Both the position numbers and the translations under genes were made by a program. This document shows positions 23,343-33,320 of a stretch of DNA of 64,000 nt, piece by piece (within the stretch, counting starts at the first letter, position 1; every line of letters begins with the position of its first letter). The notes under the pieces are model-generated. The model was given only the letters and a program-made list of their open reading frames with translations. It had not been told where the DNA came from and did no database searches. This stretch comes from Acidobacteriota bacterium (GTDB lineage: Bacteria > Acidobacteriota > UBA890 > WLXD01). The stretch spans positions 640,001 through 704,000 of the forward strand of contig CAXWPL010000004.1 in assembly GCA_963666215.2 (NCBI GenBank), written 5' to 3'.

Positions 23343-26240
23343 ATGATGATGGATCAAGCTCCGGCCGTGGTCCTGGGCCAGCGTCTGGTCAGCGATTCCG
23401 AGCCAGAGCTGGGGCTCGGAACGCTGGTCTCCGCGGACGGGCGCAGCCTCATCGTGCGCTTCGACGCTGCCGACGAAATCCGTCAGTACGCAGCATCGTC
23501 GGCTCCACTGCATCGCGTGATTTTTGCGGAGGGCGACGAGATCACCGATCTCGAGGGACAGCGGCTACGGGTCGACGCCATCGAGCACCGCGGCGGGCTG
23601 GTGTTCTACCTGTGCGGCGAACGCGTGGTGCCGGAGGCCGAGCTGTCGCCGCGGATGGCGCTCAGCGGTCCGCGAGAACGGCTTCTCGACGGTCGATTCG
23701 ACACCCCGTCGCTGTTCGACCTGCGGCGCGAAGCGCTCGACCAGCTGGAGAAAACGCGACGGTCCGCGGTGCGTGGCCTCCTGGGGCCGCGCCTGGAGCT
23801 CCTGCCTCATCAGTTCTACATCGCCTCGGAAATCACCTCGCGACGCCGACCACGCGTCCTCCTCGCCGACCAGACAGGTCTCGGCAAGACCATCGAAGCT
23901 TGTCTGATCCTGCACCGGCTGCTGCTTACCGGGCGCGTTCGGCGCTCGCTGATCCTGGTACCCGACGCGCTCGTGCACCAGTGGCTGGTGGAGCTCTCGC
24001 GACGCTTCAATCTACGCGTGGCCCTGTTCGACGAGGAGCGCTGCCGCGCGATTGAGGAGAGTGAGCCGGAGTCGAATCCGTTCGAGAGCGAGCAGATCGT
24101 GCTCACTGGGTGGTCGCTTCTGGTGAGCAACAGCAAGCGAACCGAGCAGGCGTCGTCGGCCGGATGGGACGTTGTGGTGGTCGACGAGGCTCACCACCTG
24201 AGCTGCCAGGATGGCAAGGGAAGTCCCGAGTACGAGGCGGTGGAGCGAGTGTCGGCCGCGGCCGACGGACTGCTGCTCCTCACGGCGACGCCCACACAGC
24301 TCGGCGAGGAAGGACACTTCGCACGCCTGCGACTTCTGGACCCCGAGCGTCACGCCGACTTCGCCGCGTGGCAACGCGAGGACGAGGGCCACCAGGAGGC
24401 CGCGCAACTCGGAGCCGCTCTCTGCAACCTCAGCGGCAACACCAACCTACCGCCGGCGAGCTTGTCGCGATTGGCCGAGATCCTCGAGCTGACGACCGAC
24501 GACGTGGAGCAACGTGTCGCCGAGCCCGGCGCTCGCGACAGGCTCTTGGCAGAGCTCATCGACCGCCACGGGCCCGGCCGGGTGATCTTCGCCAACACTC
24601 GCTCTGTGTTGAACAAGCAACCGGAGCGCAAGGTTCTACTCACACCCCTCGAGCCTCTAGCGTCACTCAGCTCGGACTCACAGACCCGGGCGCCAAGGCG
24701 TGCCTCCGGCCGTTCCAAGCAGGTACGGCAGGTACGGCTGTCAACCCACGATCCACGAATCGAGCACCTGGTGTCGCTGCTGCGATCCTCGGGCGACGAG
24801 AAGCTCCTGGTGACCTGCCGCACGGCAGCGACGGCTCGCGCCATCAAGGAAGCCCTCGACCAACGCGTTCGCGCGGACATCGCGCTGTTCCACGAGGACA
24901 TCGAGCTCGTGCAGCGCGATCGGAACGCGGCATGGTTCGTGGAGCCCACCGGCGCGCGCATGCTCGTTTGCTCTGAGATCGGCAGCGAAGGACGGAACTT
25001 CCAGCACGCACGCCACCTGGTGATGTTCGACCTGCCGGTCGACCCCGACCTCGTCGAGCAGCGCATCGGACGCATCGATCGCATCGGCCAACGCGGCGAT
25101 GTGTTGATTGACGTTCCCTATGTGGCGGGAACCGGGCACGAGGTTCTAGCCCGCTGGCATCACGAGGGTGTGGACACTTTCGGTCAACCCATCGCCACCG
25201 CCCGACCGCTGCTGGAACGATTCGGCAACCGCGTTCGCGCCCTAGCCGATCGCTGGACCGAACGGGGCACAGGCGGAACCGCAAATCCGCCGGACGAGCA
25301 ACTGGAGCTCGAGCTGAACAGCCTCATCGCAGAAACCGCGCAAGCAACCCGCGAGCTCAAGCATCGCGTGGAAAGCGGTCGCGACCGGCTGCTCGAGATG
25401 TCGTCGCTTCGTCACGACGTTGCCGACGAGCTGCTGGCGGAGATCCGCGAGCACGACAACGACGTCGACAGCGACGACCTCTACCTCCGCGTTCTCGAGC
25501 ACTTCCAGGTCATCGCCGACGAGCTCGGTCCGCGGACCTACCGCTTCGATCAAGACGGTCTTGCCCGCGTAAGCTTCGCGGCCCTCACACGCGGCGACGT
25601 GACCTTTACGTTCGATCGGCGAGCTGCCGTGCTGCGTGAGGACTTCGAGTTCGCGAGCATGGACCATCCCTTGATGCTGGATGCCTTGGGAATGCTCCTC
25701 GACACCGAGGCGGGCAAGGCGAGCTTCGCCATCCAGCAAACCTCCGGCGCGCCGACTCTGCTGCTCGAAGCGAGCTTCGTGCTCGAAGTCGTCGCGCCGC
25801 CACGCCTTCACGCCGACCGCTTTCTGCCGCCCACCTGCTTGCGCGTCGTCGTCGACCAGACGGGGGCGGACCGCTCGGACGAAAGCGACAGCCTGACAAC
25901 GCTAGAGGCCGGCGACAACGGCTGGTTCCGTGAGCAGGCTCCTCAGCTCCGCGGTGCCCTGCAGCAGATGCTGCGGCAGGCGGAAGGCGTGGCCGAGACC
26001 CGTGCCGACAAGGAGCGCGCCGACGCATCGGGCCACCTCATTGCGAGCTTGTCGGCGGAGATCGAACGTCTTCGTGCCCTGGCGCGATCGAACGCCCTTG
26101 TGCGACCCGAGGAAATCACTCTCGTCGAAGACGAGCTTGAGGAGCTCGGCAGGCATGTCGCCGCCGCTCGCCTGCGTCTCGATGCGGTGCGACTTGTTTG
26201 GCGCGGTCCAGCGGCCGGCGGTGTTCCCCAATTGCGATAA
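23343..26240 (+). CDS. rapA: RNA polymerase-associated SNF2-type ATPase RapA
   Basis: GQRLVSDSEPELGLG, LLADQTGLGKT, DEAH, SEIGSEGRNFQ, EQRIGRIDRIGQ and RLDAVRL. Confidence 0.93.
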   Translation: MMMDQAPAVVLGQRLVSDSEPELGLGTLVSADGRSLIVRFDAADEIRQYAASSAPLHRVIFAEGDEITDLEGQRLRVDAIEHRGGLVFYLCGERVVPEAELSPRMALSGPRERLLDGRFDTPSLFDLRREALDQLEKTRRSAVRGLLGPRLELLPHQFYIASEITSRRRPRVLLADQTGLGKTIEACLILHRLLLTGRVRRSLILVPDALVHQWLVELSRRFNLRVALFDEERCRAIEESEPESNPFESEQIVLTGWSLLVSNSKRTEQASSAGWDVVVVDEAHHLSCQDGKGSPEYEAVERVSAAADGLLLLTATPTQLGEEGHFARLRLLDPERHADFAAWQREDEGHQEAAQLGAALCNLSGNTNLPPASLSRLAEILELTTDDVEQRVAEPGARDRLLAELIDRHGPGRVIFANTRSVLNKQPERKVLLTPLEPLASLSSDSQTRAPRRASGRSKQVRQVRLSTHDPRIEHLVSLLRSSGDEKLLVTCRTAATARAIKEALDQRVRADIALFHEDIELVQRDRNAAWFVEPTGARMLVCSEIGSEGRNFQHARHLVMFDLPVDPDLVEQRIGRIDRIGQRGDVLIDVPYVAGTGHEVLARWHHEGVDTFGQPIATARPLLERFGNRVRALADRWTERGTGGTANPPDEQLELELNSLIAETAQATRELKHRVESGRDRLLEMSSLRHDVADELLAEIREHDNDVDSDDLYLRVLEHFQVIADELGPRTYRFDQDGLARVSFAALTRGDVTFTFDRRAAVLREDFEFASMDHPLMLDALGMLLDTEAGKASFAIQQTSGAPTLLLEASFVLEVVAPPRLHADRFLPPTCLRVVVDQTGADRSDESDSLTTLEAGDNGWFREQAPQLRGALQQMLRQAEGVAETRADKERADASGHLIASLSAEIERLRALARSNALVRPEEITLVEDELEELGRHVAAARLRLDAVRLVWRGPAAGGVPQLR

Positions 26241-26383
26241 CACGCTGACGGTGCCGCACGCACGTGGCCGATCCTCCGCCGCACCTCTGGTGAGGCCCGA
26301 TCTCGCCGAGAGAAAGCTCGAGGCGTGGCGTGGTCGACGCCGGCTGGCCTAGCGTCGTCACTCGTCGCCCGCCTTCCCCTGGC

Positions 26384-27003
26384 CTATCGAACGGACAACT
26401 CGGCAACGGGTGCGACGATGACCTCACGCCGTTCGGCGGTCAGTCCATCGACCGCAGCGTGATCGGCCTGCGCTCGGAGCCGCGACCAGTAGTCGTGGTA
26501 GGCGCGCAGCGAGTCGAAGGCCAGGAATCTCATGTAGTCCCATCCATCCGATACGAGAAAGCGGCCGGTAGCGGAGGGGATTCCGTTCGCCTGCTCCCAG
26601 GGCACGATCGCCTTCTCCAGCAATGCCTCGAAAGCAGCCGACTCACCGGCAAGGATCCTGTACCAAACAAAGGCCGTCAGGCCGCGGGCGGGTTGGCGGA
26701 ATGGGTCTGCCGCGCCCATCGGCGGGAGCATCTCAACGAACTGGTCGGTATGCCCCGAGGCCAACGCGCCGATGCTGCTGCCAGCCTGCCGCGCCAAGGT
26801 ACGCAGGGCGGCGTTGGAGGCATCCATCCCGGCCATTCCACGGAAGGCGCTGACGACGATCAGGTCGAGTGGGATCGGGCTTTTGACCTCACGAAACCCC
26901 CGGAACGAGAGCATGGCCTCGTCCTGCTCGTAGAGCGGGATCGCCTGCTCGCGAAATGCGGCGATCGCTTCGGCGGACTTCCCGGGCAAGAACGAGAACG
27001 TCA
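26384..27003 (-). pseudogene. 5'-truncated hypothetical protein (tandem alpha/beta-barrel-like halves)
   Basis: Coding-like frame starts abruptly at VTFSFLPGK, at the junction with the SRPBCC fragment. Confidence 0.5.
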
Positions 27004-27158
27004 CGGAAGCGGGTTCCCGGCCCCGAGGTCGGCTCGCCGATGAACTCCACCGAGACAATGTCGGGGTTGCTGTCGGGGAGCTTTGCGATATCGGTGATGA
27101 CGCCGAACACCGTCGAGACCGGGGCCCCGATGTCGAGGGTAACCGCGACGTGGCTCAT
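27001..27158 (-). pseudogene. SRPBCC-family N-terminal fragment
   Basis: MSHVAVTLDIGAPVSTVF...GPGTRFR, after which the frame loses resemblance at about 27003. Confidence 0.6.
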
Positions 27159-27628
27159 GGGGAGGCCTCGGAAGGAACCGTGAGATTCGCAAGCACGGAT
27201 TCGAGCTGAGAGAGACTCGACGTCCAGCCGCCGTCGATCATGCCGCAGAAATGGGACGGGATTCCGGTGTGGGTGAGGGTCAACGCGGTGCCTCCGTCAC
27301 GCTCCTGCAGCTCCACGCGCACCGTCATTTCGGGCACGCCCAATTTCGGATCCGCGTATTGCACGTACTCGAGCAGATGCGGCGGCTCCACTGCGGTGAA
27401 GCGCCCTTTCCCTCGGGCCTCGAACACGCCCGGCTGCACCATGTACGTCTCGAACTCGACGCCCACCTCCGGGACCCAGTTCTCCACCTCCAGAGTGGCG
27501 TCGGCGTCGCACTTCATCCACTTCACGACGTGCTCTGCCTCGGTCCAGGCGCGGTATACGAGCTCAACCGGCGCGTCGAACACACGGGTCAGCCTGACGG
27601 CCTGTGGCATCGGGAACTCAGGACACAT
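27155..27628 (-). CDS. SRPBCC/AHA1-like domain protein
   Basis: TRVFDAPVELVYRAWT...GGTALTLTH...GWTSSLSQL. Confidence 0.88.
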   Translation of the reverse strand: MCPEFPMPQAVRLTRVFDAPVELVYRAWTEAEHVVKWMKCDADATLEVENWVPEVGVEFETYMVQPGVFEARGKGRFTAVEPPHLLEYVQYADPKLGVPEMTVRVELQERDGGTALTLTHTGIPSHFCGMIDGGWTSSLSQLESVLANLTVPSEASP

Positions 27629-27631
27629 CCT

Positions 27632-28018
27632 CTACCCTCCCTCCTTGAGCTCATCGAGATAGTCAGCCAGGTCGTCGAAGCGATCGTGCCAATACGCCCG
27701 CACCATCCCGACCCATTGCTCGGCCATGTCGAGGGGCTCGGGATCGATGTCACATCGATGAATGCGCCCCTGCACGTCTCTCTTCAGCAATCCAGACCGC
27801 TCGAGCACCTTCACGTGCTTGGTGACGGCCCCCTTGGTGATCCCGAGGGGTCGTCCCAGCTCTCCGACCGTGGTCGACCCGCGGGCCAGGCGCGACAGCA
27901 TCCGGCGACGTCGGGGATCGGCGAGGGCGCCGAAAACCCTGTCGAGGGCAGCTTCCGTAGAAGGCGGTCGTCGTCCGCCGGCCGGCTGCTCATCGAGACG
28001 TTTTTGATTGTTTACCAT
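27632..28018 (-). CDS. ArsR/SmtB-family regulator
   Basis: FGALADPRRR..L..L and VTKHVKVLERSGL; probable start MVNNQ at 28018; typical ArsR-SRPBCC pair. Confidence 0.88.
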   Translation of the reverse strand: MVNNQKRLDEQPAGGRRPPSTEAALDRVFGALADPRRRRMLSRLARGSTTVGELGRPLGITKGAVTKHVKVLERSGLLKRDVQGRIHRCDIDPEPLDMAEQWVGMVRAYWHDRFDDLADYLDELKEGG

Positions 28019-28097
28019 ACGGTGTACTATTGACACCGGTCGAACTCATGTCAAGCCCGAGCCTCTGGAGACTCTACGGAGGCGGGAGAGGAGCACG

Positions 28098-28439
28098 ATG
28101 ACGGACACAACCGCCGCGACGGATCCGATTCGGCAGGCGGCCGCCGCCTTCCCCGCGGTGGCTCGAGGAACATCCTGCACCCAGAGCTCGTTCAAGGCGG
28201 GCAATGGCACCTTCCTGTTCATCGGCCCAGGAGCGAAGGGTGTCGGTCACAAGGCGATGTTCAAGCTCGACGGGAGTATGGAGCAGGCTCGCGCTCTCGC
28301 GGCGGAGCAACCGAAGCGGTTCGAAGTCGGAAACACGGGCTGGGTAACGACCCGCTTCAGCGACGAGGAGCCCCTGCCGAAGACGATCTGGCGGCCGTGG
28401 CTCGACGAGTCCTACGCCATCACGACCAAGTCGAAGTAG
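28098..28439 (+). CDS. MmcQ/YjbR-like protein
   Basis: SD GAGGAG; F.V/AG..FLF, G..GWV and WLDESY. Confidence 0.65.
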   Translation: MTDTTAATDPIRQAAAAFPAVARGTSCTQSSFKAGNGTFLFIGPGAKGVGHKAMFKLDGSMEQARALAAEQPKRFEVGNTGWVTTRFSDEEPLPKTIWRPWLDESYAITTKSK

Positions 28440-28508
28440 GCGGCTCGACGCGGAGTCGAACAGAGCCGCTTGCCAGACGGCGTCCCGCCATGAACGTCCG
28501 GCTCATGC

Positions 28509-29021
28509 TCATGCCGTGTCCGCACTGATGCGGTAGACGTGGCTCTGCCTGCCGCTGGCGTCTGGTTTCATCCCAACCCGTACGCCGCCGATCTTCTCGA
28601 CCGCGCGACATGAGCGCAGGTTCTCGGACACGACGAGGAAGACGACGTGTTTCACGAACCGGAACGCGTGGTCCAGCATCAGCCGCTTCATCTCGCCGTT
28701 GAAAGCGCCGCCCCAATGTGACCGTGCCAAGAAGGTCCAACCAATCTCGACCTCACTGCGCGTCTTGTCGTATCCGTGGAACCGCGAAGCGCCGACGACT
28801 CGCTCTGTCTCGACGTCGACCGCAACGAGGGCACCACCCGACGCCAGGGACTCGCGGAAGAAGGCCCTGAACCCCTTCTTCTCGCTCCGATCCTTGGCCG
28901 CGTGTTGTTCCCAGATCATCGGATCTGAGGCAACGGCGAAGAGGTCGTCGAAATCCTCAGCTCGCAGTGGCCTGAGCTCAACGAGATTGCCCTTCAGAAC
29001 AGGCTGCGCGTCGAAGGACAT
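28509..29021 (-). CDS. GNAT N-acetyltransferase (RimJ/RimL-like)
   Basis: VELRPL, EIGWTFLARSHWGG and NLRSCRAVEKIG. Confidence 0.9.
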   Translation of the reverse strand: MSFDAQPVLKGNLVELRPLRAEDFDDLFAVASDPMIWEQHAAKDRSEKKGFRAFFRESLASGGALVAVDVETERVVGASRFHGYDKTRSEVEIGWTFLARSHWGGAFNGEMKRLMLDHAFRFVKHVVFLVVSENLRSCRAVEKIGGVRVGMKPDASGRQSHVYRISADTA

Positions 29022-29046
29022 ACCGTTCCTCGCGGGTGGTGGTCCA

Positions 29047-29139
29047 CGGCGCCGCCGGGCGATTCTCCCTCCACCAATCCGCAGCAGCTCGAATCTGGTG
29101 TTCCGCGTCCGCGACTACGCTGAGCCGACGACGGATCGC
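29047..29139 (-). pseudogene. RelE/ParE-type toxin N-terminal remnant
   Basis: IRRRLSVVADAEHQIRAAADWWRENRPAAP directly follows the antitoxin-like gene; no start codon, truncated. Confidence 0.55.
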
Positions 29140-29355
29140 CTAGCTCCGAATCTCGTCAAGGAGCTTCCAGCCGTCCATCGTTTCGCCGCGATCTGCTTGC
29201 TCGATAGCTGCCAAGAGTTGCTTCTCTTGCTCCTCCGACAGCTCGAAAGGCTCATCGCCATCGTGGACCAGCAGCTTAACCACCTCGCCGTCTCGGACGC
29301 TGTTGGCCGGCACCGCGATTCGCCCGTTCACCACTTCCGCCGTCATCATCTTCAT
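29140..29355 (-). CDS. small acidic antitoxin-like protein
   Basis: MKMMTAEVVNGRIAVP...ELSEEQEKQLLAAIEQADRGE; TATCAT 7 nt before the ATG. Confidence 0.6.
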   Translation of the reverse strand: MKMMTAEVVNGRIAVPANSVRDGEVVKLLVHDGDEPFELSEEQEKQLLAAIEQADRGETMDGWKLLDEIRS

Positions 29356-29470
29356 GCGCCTGATGATACTCCACGCCGGTTCGTGTCCTCCCACTACTGT
29401 TCGGCTGCCCGGCCGCAATCGACACCGCTGTGTGGCTCGCAGCAGAACCGCGCCGGAGAACGGACACCAC

Positions 29471-31234
29471 TTACTCGGCGCGGCGGTATTCGATGACTCC
29501 ACCGACCACGGTCATTTCCACGCGGCCGTCGAGGACCTCGGCGTAGCGAGTTACGGGGAGCGCTAGCGGGTCGACGCTCAAGACGGTGATATCGGCGCGC
29601 AGGCCCGGGGCGAGAACACCCGAGCGGCTCTCGTCGAAGCCCGCCCAGGCAGCCCAGACGGTATAGGCGCGCACCGCTTCCTCAGGGCTCAGAGCCTCTT
29701 CGTGGTACCAGCCGCCGGCAGGCTCGGCGCTCTTGTCGCGGCGCGTTACCGCGGCGTGCAGACCGTAGAAGATGTCGTGATCCGAACCGGCCAGGTCGGA
29801 GTTGAAAATCAGGCGAGTGCCGGCGCGCCGCAAGCTTCGCCACGCGTAGGCGCCCCGTATGCGTTCGGGCCCGACACGCTCCTCCCCCCACGACATGTCC
29901 TCGACCGCGTGCGGCGGCTGCATGGAAGCGATGATGTCGAGCGCTGCCAGCCGAGGGAGGTCGTCGGGGTGGATGACCTGCGCGTGCTCAATTCGATGAC
30001 GCCCCTGGCGAGACTCGGGCGTGGAGGCATAGACGCGCTCGAAGAAGTCGAGCGTCTCGCGATTCCCAGCGTCGCCGAGCGCGTGGACGCCAACCTGGGA
30101 GCCCTTGGCCATCAGGGCGGCGACCAGCTCCTGATCGAACCCGTACTCGCTTCCGCTCGTGCCCCGATGGCCGGGCATGTCGCTGTAGTCTTCGAGCATC
30201 CGGGCACCACGCGAGCCCAATGCGGCGTCGTAGTAGGCCTTGACCGATTGAATGGCCAGCCGCGACCCGGTGCTCTCGGATTCGGAGAGGGGGCCCGTCT
30301 CGAGGAAGGGCTCGACCAGGTCAACGTCGCGAGCCGAAAGCATCGCGAAAAGGCGAACGGGAAGCTCGCCTCGTGCGTCGAGCGCGCGCATGGCGTCGAG
30401 CAAAGCCTGTCCGACGCCGGCCTCGTGCACCCGAACGTAGCCGTCGCTCGCGAGCTCCTGCAGGCCGAGGCGCAAGGCCTCCTGGAGCTGCTCGGGTGTT
30501 TCGGGCGGAGTCGCCGCGTCGAGGATTCCGGACGCCCGATTCAGGAAGATGCCCGTGGGCTCGCCGTCCGGACCCCGTTGGATCTCACCGCCCGCGATGT
30601 CGGGTGTGGATTGGTCGATGCCGGCCTCGCTCAGAGCACGGTCGTTCGCCCAGGTGGCAAAGCTGTGCAGCCCTCGTAAGACGACGGGATGGTCAGGAAC
30701 CTGCTGGGAGAGCAGGTCGTTGTCGGGATATCCGTGCGTGGCCCATTCGCCTTCGTTGAATCCCCAGCCCAGGATCCATTCGCCCTCCGGACGATTCGCC
30801 GCCGCCGCCACAACGAGCTCCACGGCGTCCTCTTCGCCGACGACCCCCCGCAGATCGAGGCGACGCAGACTGCGGCCGAGCCCTGCGGCGTGTGCATGCG
30901 ACTCCACCAGTCCGGGCAGCACCGTCGCGCCGCCGAGATCGATCACTTCGGTATCGGGCCCGACGTAGCCCGAAATGATCTCGTCGTCGTCCCCCACGGC
31001 CACGATGCGATCGCCGCGGATGGCCAAGGCCTGCGCATCCGGGCGCCAGCCGGCGGCATCGTAGGGCGCGTCGGGGGCAGGCTCGCCCTCGGGCCCCGGG
31101 TCGCCCCAATCGAGCGTGTAGATCCGGCCGCGCTCGAGGACGAGGTCCGCGGGGTCGTCCGGCGTGATCATACATGCATGGCTCAGGGCCGCCCCGGCCA
31201 GCAGAAGGCAGCACGCGGCTGTGGTCAGTTTCAC
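29471..31234 (-). CDS. amidohydrolase 3 (YtcJ-like), secreted
   Basis: Signal peptide; PGLVESHAH, HALGDAG, RHRIEHAQ, FNSD and GLRADITVL. Confidence 0.9.
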   Translation of the reverse strand: MKLTTAACCLLLAGAALSHACMITPDDPADLVLERGRIYTLDWGDPGPEGEPAPDAPYDAAGWRPDAQALAIRGDRIVAVGDDDEIISGYVGPDTEVIDLGGATVLPGLVESHAHAAGLGRSLRRLDLRGVVGEEDAVELVVAAAANRPEGEWILGWGFNEGEWATHGYPDNDLLSQQVPDHPVVLRGLHSFATWANDRALSEAGIDQSTPDIAGGEIQRGPDGEPTGIFLNRASGILDAATPPETPEQLQEALRLGLQELASDGYVRVHEAGVGQALLDAMRALDARGELPVRLFAMLSARDVDLVEPFLETGPLSESESTGSRLAIQSVKAYYDAALGSRGARMLEDYSDMPGHRGTSGSEYGFDQELVAALMAKGSQVGVHALGDAGNRETLDFFERVYASTPESRQGRHRIEHAQVIHPDDLPRLAALDIIASMQPPHAVEDMSWGEERVGPERIRGAYAWRSLRRAGTRLIFNSDLAGSDHDIFYGLHAAVTRRDKSAEPAGGWYHEEALSPEEAVRAYTVWAAWAGFDESRSGVLAPGLRADITVLSVDPLALPVTRYAEVLDGRVEMTVVGGVIEYRRAE

Positions 31235-31277
31235 TTCGCCTCCAGCGTCATCGGGGCTCGGGTACCGCGGAATCTAG

Positions 31278-32602
31278 CAGGCTGCTGAAAAACGGCTCAC
31301 GAGTGTCGATCCGGTCCCCGAGCGGCAGCGTGGAGTAGGCATGGCGCGCACCGTTGAAGGGGGGCGATCGCAAACGACCCTTCGCTCGTCACCTCGAGAG
31401 GCGGTTTGGCGCTCCCGGGTCCCACTACCTTCACGTCAGCGCCTCGAGATTGCGCATTCTCACCAAGGTGAACGCTGCCGCGGTGAAGACGAACATCCAG
31501 CCGACGCGGTCGACCCCTCGGTGCTTCGTCTGGCGGATCAGTCCTACTGTCTTGCCCCAGCCAAAGACCTGCTCGACGAGCTTGCGTTTGACCTGGCTTT
31601 GCTTGTACCCGGCGTGCCTCGTGGTGCGGCCATCGATCGCGCTGCGTCTGTTGGTGTCGTTCTGCGCCACATACGGCGTTACGTTCCGATCTCTCAGCTT
31701 GCCGACGCACTCCTTGGTGTCGTAGTTCTTGTCGCCACCCATAGTCACGCGATCTGTCCCGGGGATCTCGCCGGCCATCGCCACTGCCGCATCTCGTTCC
31801 GCTGTGCCTGAAGCCTTCGTTACCATCGCGTTGGTCGGCAGCCCGTGGCGGTTGTCGACTACCAGGTGGCCCATGTAGCAGAGCTTCGCCTCGGATCCCT
31901 TGCTCTTCCTATACAGGCGGGCGTCAGGATCGGTTCTCGAGGCGTGTGTATCGCTCTTGCGCCGCTGTTTGCGGAAATCGACGTCCGGGTTCCGGCCGCC
32001 ACCACTGGGTGGATCCTGCCGCCCGCTCGGGTCTTTGGGCTGGTAGCTCTTGTGCGATGCCCACGCTTCGATCAGCGTTCCATCAACGGTGAAGTGCTCG
32101 TCCGATAGCAGTCCGCGCCTGCGCGCTTGCTCCACGACTTGCTCGAAGAACACTTCGGCGACCTCACCACCGAGCACCCGGTCTCGGTTCTTGGTGAACA
32201 CCGTCGCATCCCACACCGCATCGTCCATGTTCAAGCCCACGAACCAGCGGAATAGCAGGTTGTAGTCGAGCTGCTCCATCAGCATGCGCTCGGAGCGGAT
32301 CGTATACAGCACCTGCAGCAGCAATGCCCGCAACAGCTTCTCCGGCGGGATCGACGGCCGCCCCGTGTGCGAGTACATGCCGGCGAACAGTGGCGACATC
32401 TGTTCCAGCACGTTGTTGACGATCTTCAGCAGCCGCCGCAGCGGATGGTCCTTCGGTACCCTCTGCTCGGGCGAGATATAGCTGAACGCTGCCACTTGAC
32501 CCGCGTCTTCACCACGCATCTGCTCACCTCGTCGATGCTTCCGGTTGGCACGGGGCTGCATGGGTCAAGCTACATGAACGCTAGGAGTTTTTCAGCAGCC
32601 TG
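31278..32602 (-). mobile_element. IS5-family insertion sequence (1325 bp)
   Basis: Perfect 16-bp IRs CAGGCTGCTGAAAAAC (31278-31293 and 32587-32602); CTAG duplication at 31274-31277 and 32603-32606. Confidence 0.93.
31431..32519 (-). CDS. IS5-family DDE transposase
   Basis: GRPSIPPEKLLRALLLQ, FTVDGTLIEAWAS, GGDKNYD and RKLVEQVFGWGK. Confidence 0.92.
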   Translation of the reverse strand: MRGEDAGQVAAFSYISPEQRVPKDHPLRRLLKIVNNVLEQMSPLFAGMYSHTGRPSIPPEKLLRALLLQVLYTIRSERMLMEQLDYNLLFRWFVGLNMDDAVWDATVFTKNRDRVLGGEVAEVFFEQVVEQARRRGLLSDEHFTVDGTLIEAWASHKSYQPKDPSGRQDPPSGGGRNPDVDFRKQRRKSDTHASRTDPDARLYRKSKGSEAKLCYMGHLVVDNRHGLPTNAMVTKASGTAERDAAVAMAGEIPGTDRVTMGGDKNYDTKECVGKLRDRNVTPYVAQNDTNRRSAIDGRTTRHAGYKQSQVKRKLVEQVFGWGKTVGLIRQTKHRGVDRVGWMFVFTAAAFTLVRMRNLEALT

Positions 32603-32733
32603 CTAGAGCCATTTCGCGACAGCAGCATTCGCCTGTTAGGTCGCGTCCCGCGGATGCACTTCGATCAGCGCTTCGAGGGAAGGCATCTCCCCGAAGTAGA
32701 GCAACTCCACCCTCTCGATGGGGGTAGAACGCG
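32603..32733 (-). other. degenerate second integron cassette (gene remnant plus attC cut by the IS)
   Basis: ORF remnant ...IERVELLYFGEMPSLEALIEVHPRDAT* ends in R'' ACCTAAC (32641-32635). Its flank ACGCGACCTAAC is complementary at 11/12 to the preceding junction GTCAGGTCGCGT. Confidence 0.6.
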
Positions 32734-32791
32734 ACCTGACGTTTGAGCTCAGCCACCGCCGAAACCGGTCGGCCGCAACGAGCGGTTAGAC
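32734..32791 (-). other. integron attC site (58 bp)
   Basis: Minus strand: R'' GTCTAAC-5nt-L'' GTTGCGGC...L' GCTGAGC-6nt-R' GTCAGGT, immediately after the DUF3224 stop codon. Confidence 0.78.
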
Positions 32792-32792
32792 G

Positions 32793-33320
32793 TCATTCAC
32801 TCTGCTGCGTAGGCAAGCGATATGTGAACTCGTAAAAGTGTTTGCCCTCTTCGATGTTGATCTTGAACTCGCCTTCCAGTCCGACCAATTCCTCAGTGCC
32901 TGAGTCCGGAACTACGGTTACTACAAGGGATGGTGCGCCACGATTCATGGTGCCGGTGTGTTGCAGAACAAAGGTTCCTCGTTTTCCATTGAGAACACCT
33001 GATACGCGCTCAATTGCCACGTAGCCGGCCGACCCATTCGTGCTCGTCATCGCGCTGAGCATTTGACCGACTGCGTCCGCGGTGAGGTCGCCGGAAATCT
33101 GCTTGTCGATGGACATTCGCCCAAGCTTGAGCTCTGGGTCGGCGCCCTCAAACGCCAAAGGCTTCAATGAGACGACAAATTCACCTCTCGCGAATTGAGT
33201 CATGGGCTGTCCTTGCGCTTGTGAATGACATGCGGCAATCGAAAGCGACAACGCAATTTGAGCGAGGATAACAACGTGGCAATTTCCAACGGTAGTTCTC
33301 GGCGATCGCCGCTTGTTCAT
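32793..33320 (-). CDS. DUF3224 family protein (cassette-borne; possible lipoprotein signal)
   Basis: GSAGYVAIERVSGVLNGKRGTFVLQH...VVPDSGTEEL.GL.G; visibly more AT-rich codon usage than its neighbours. Confidence 0.85.
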   Translation of the reverse strand: MNKRRSPRTTVGNCHVVILAQIALSLSIAACHSQAQGQPMTQFARGEFVVSLKPLAFEGADPELKLGRMSIDKQISGDLTADAVGQMLSAMTSTNGSAGYVAIERVSGVLNGKRGTFVLQHTGTMNRGAPSLVVTVVPDSGTEELVGLEGEFKINIEEGKHFYEFTYRLPTQQSE

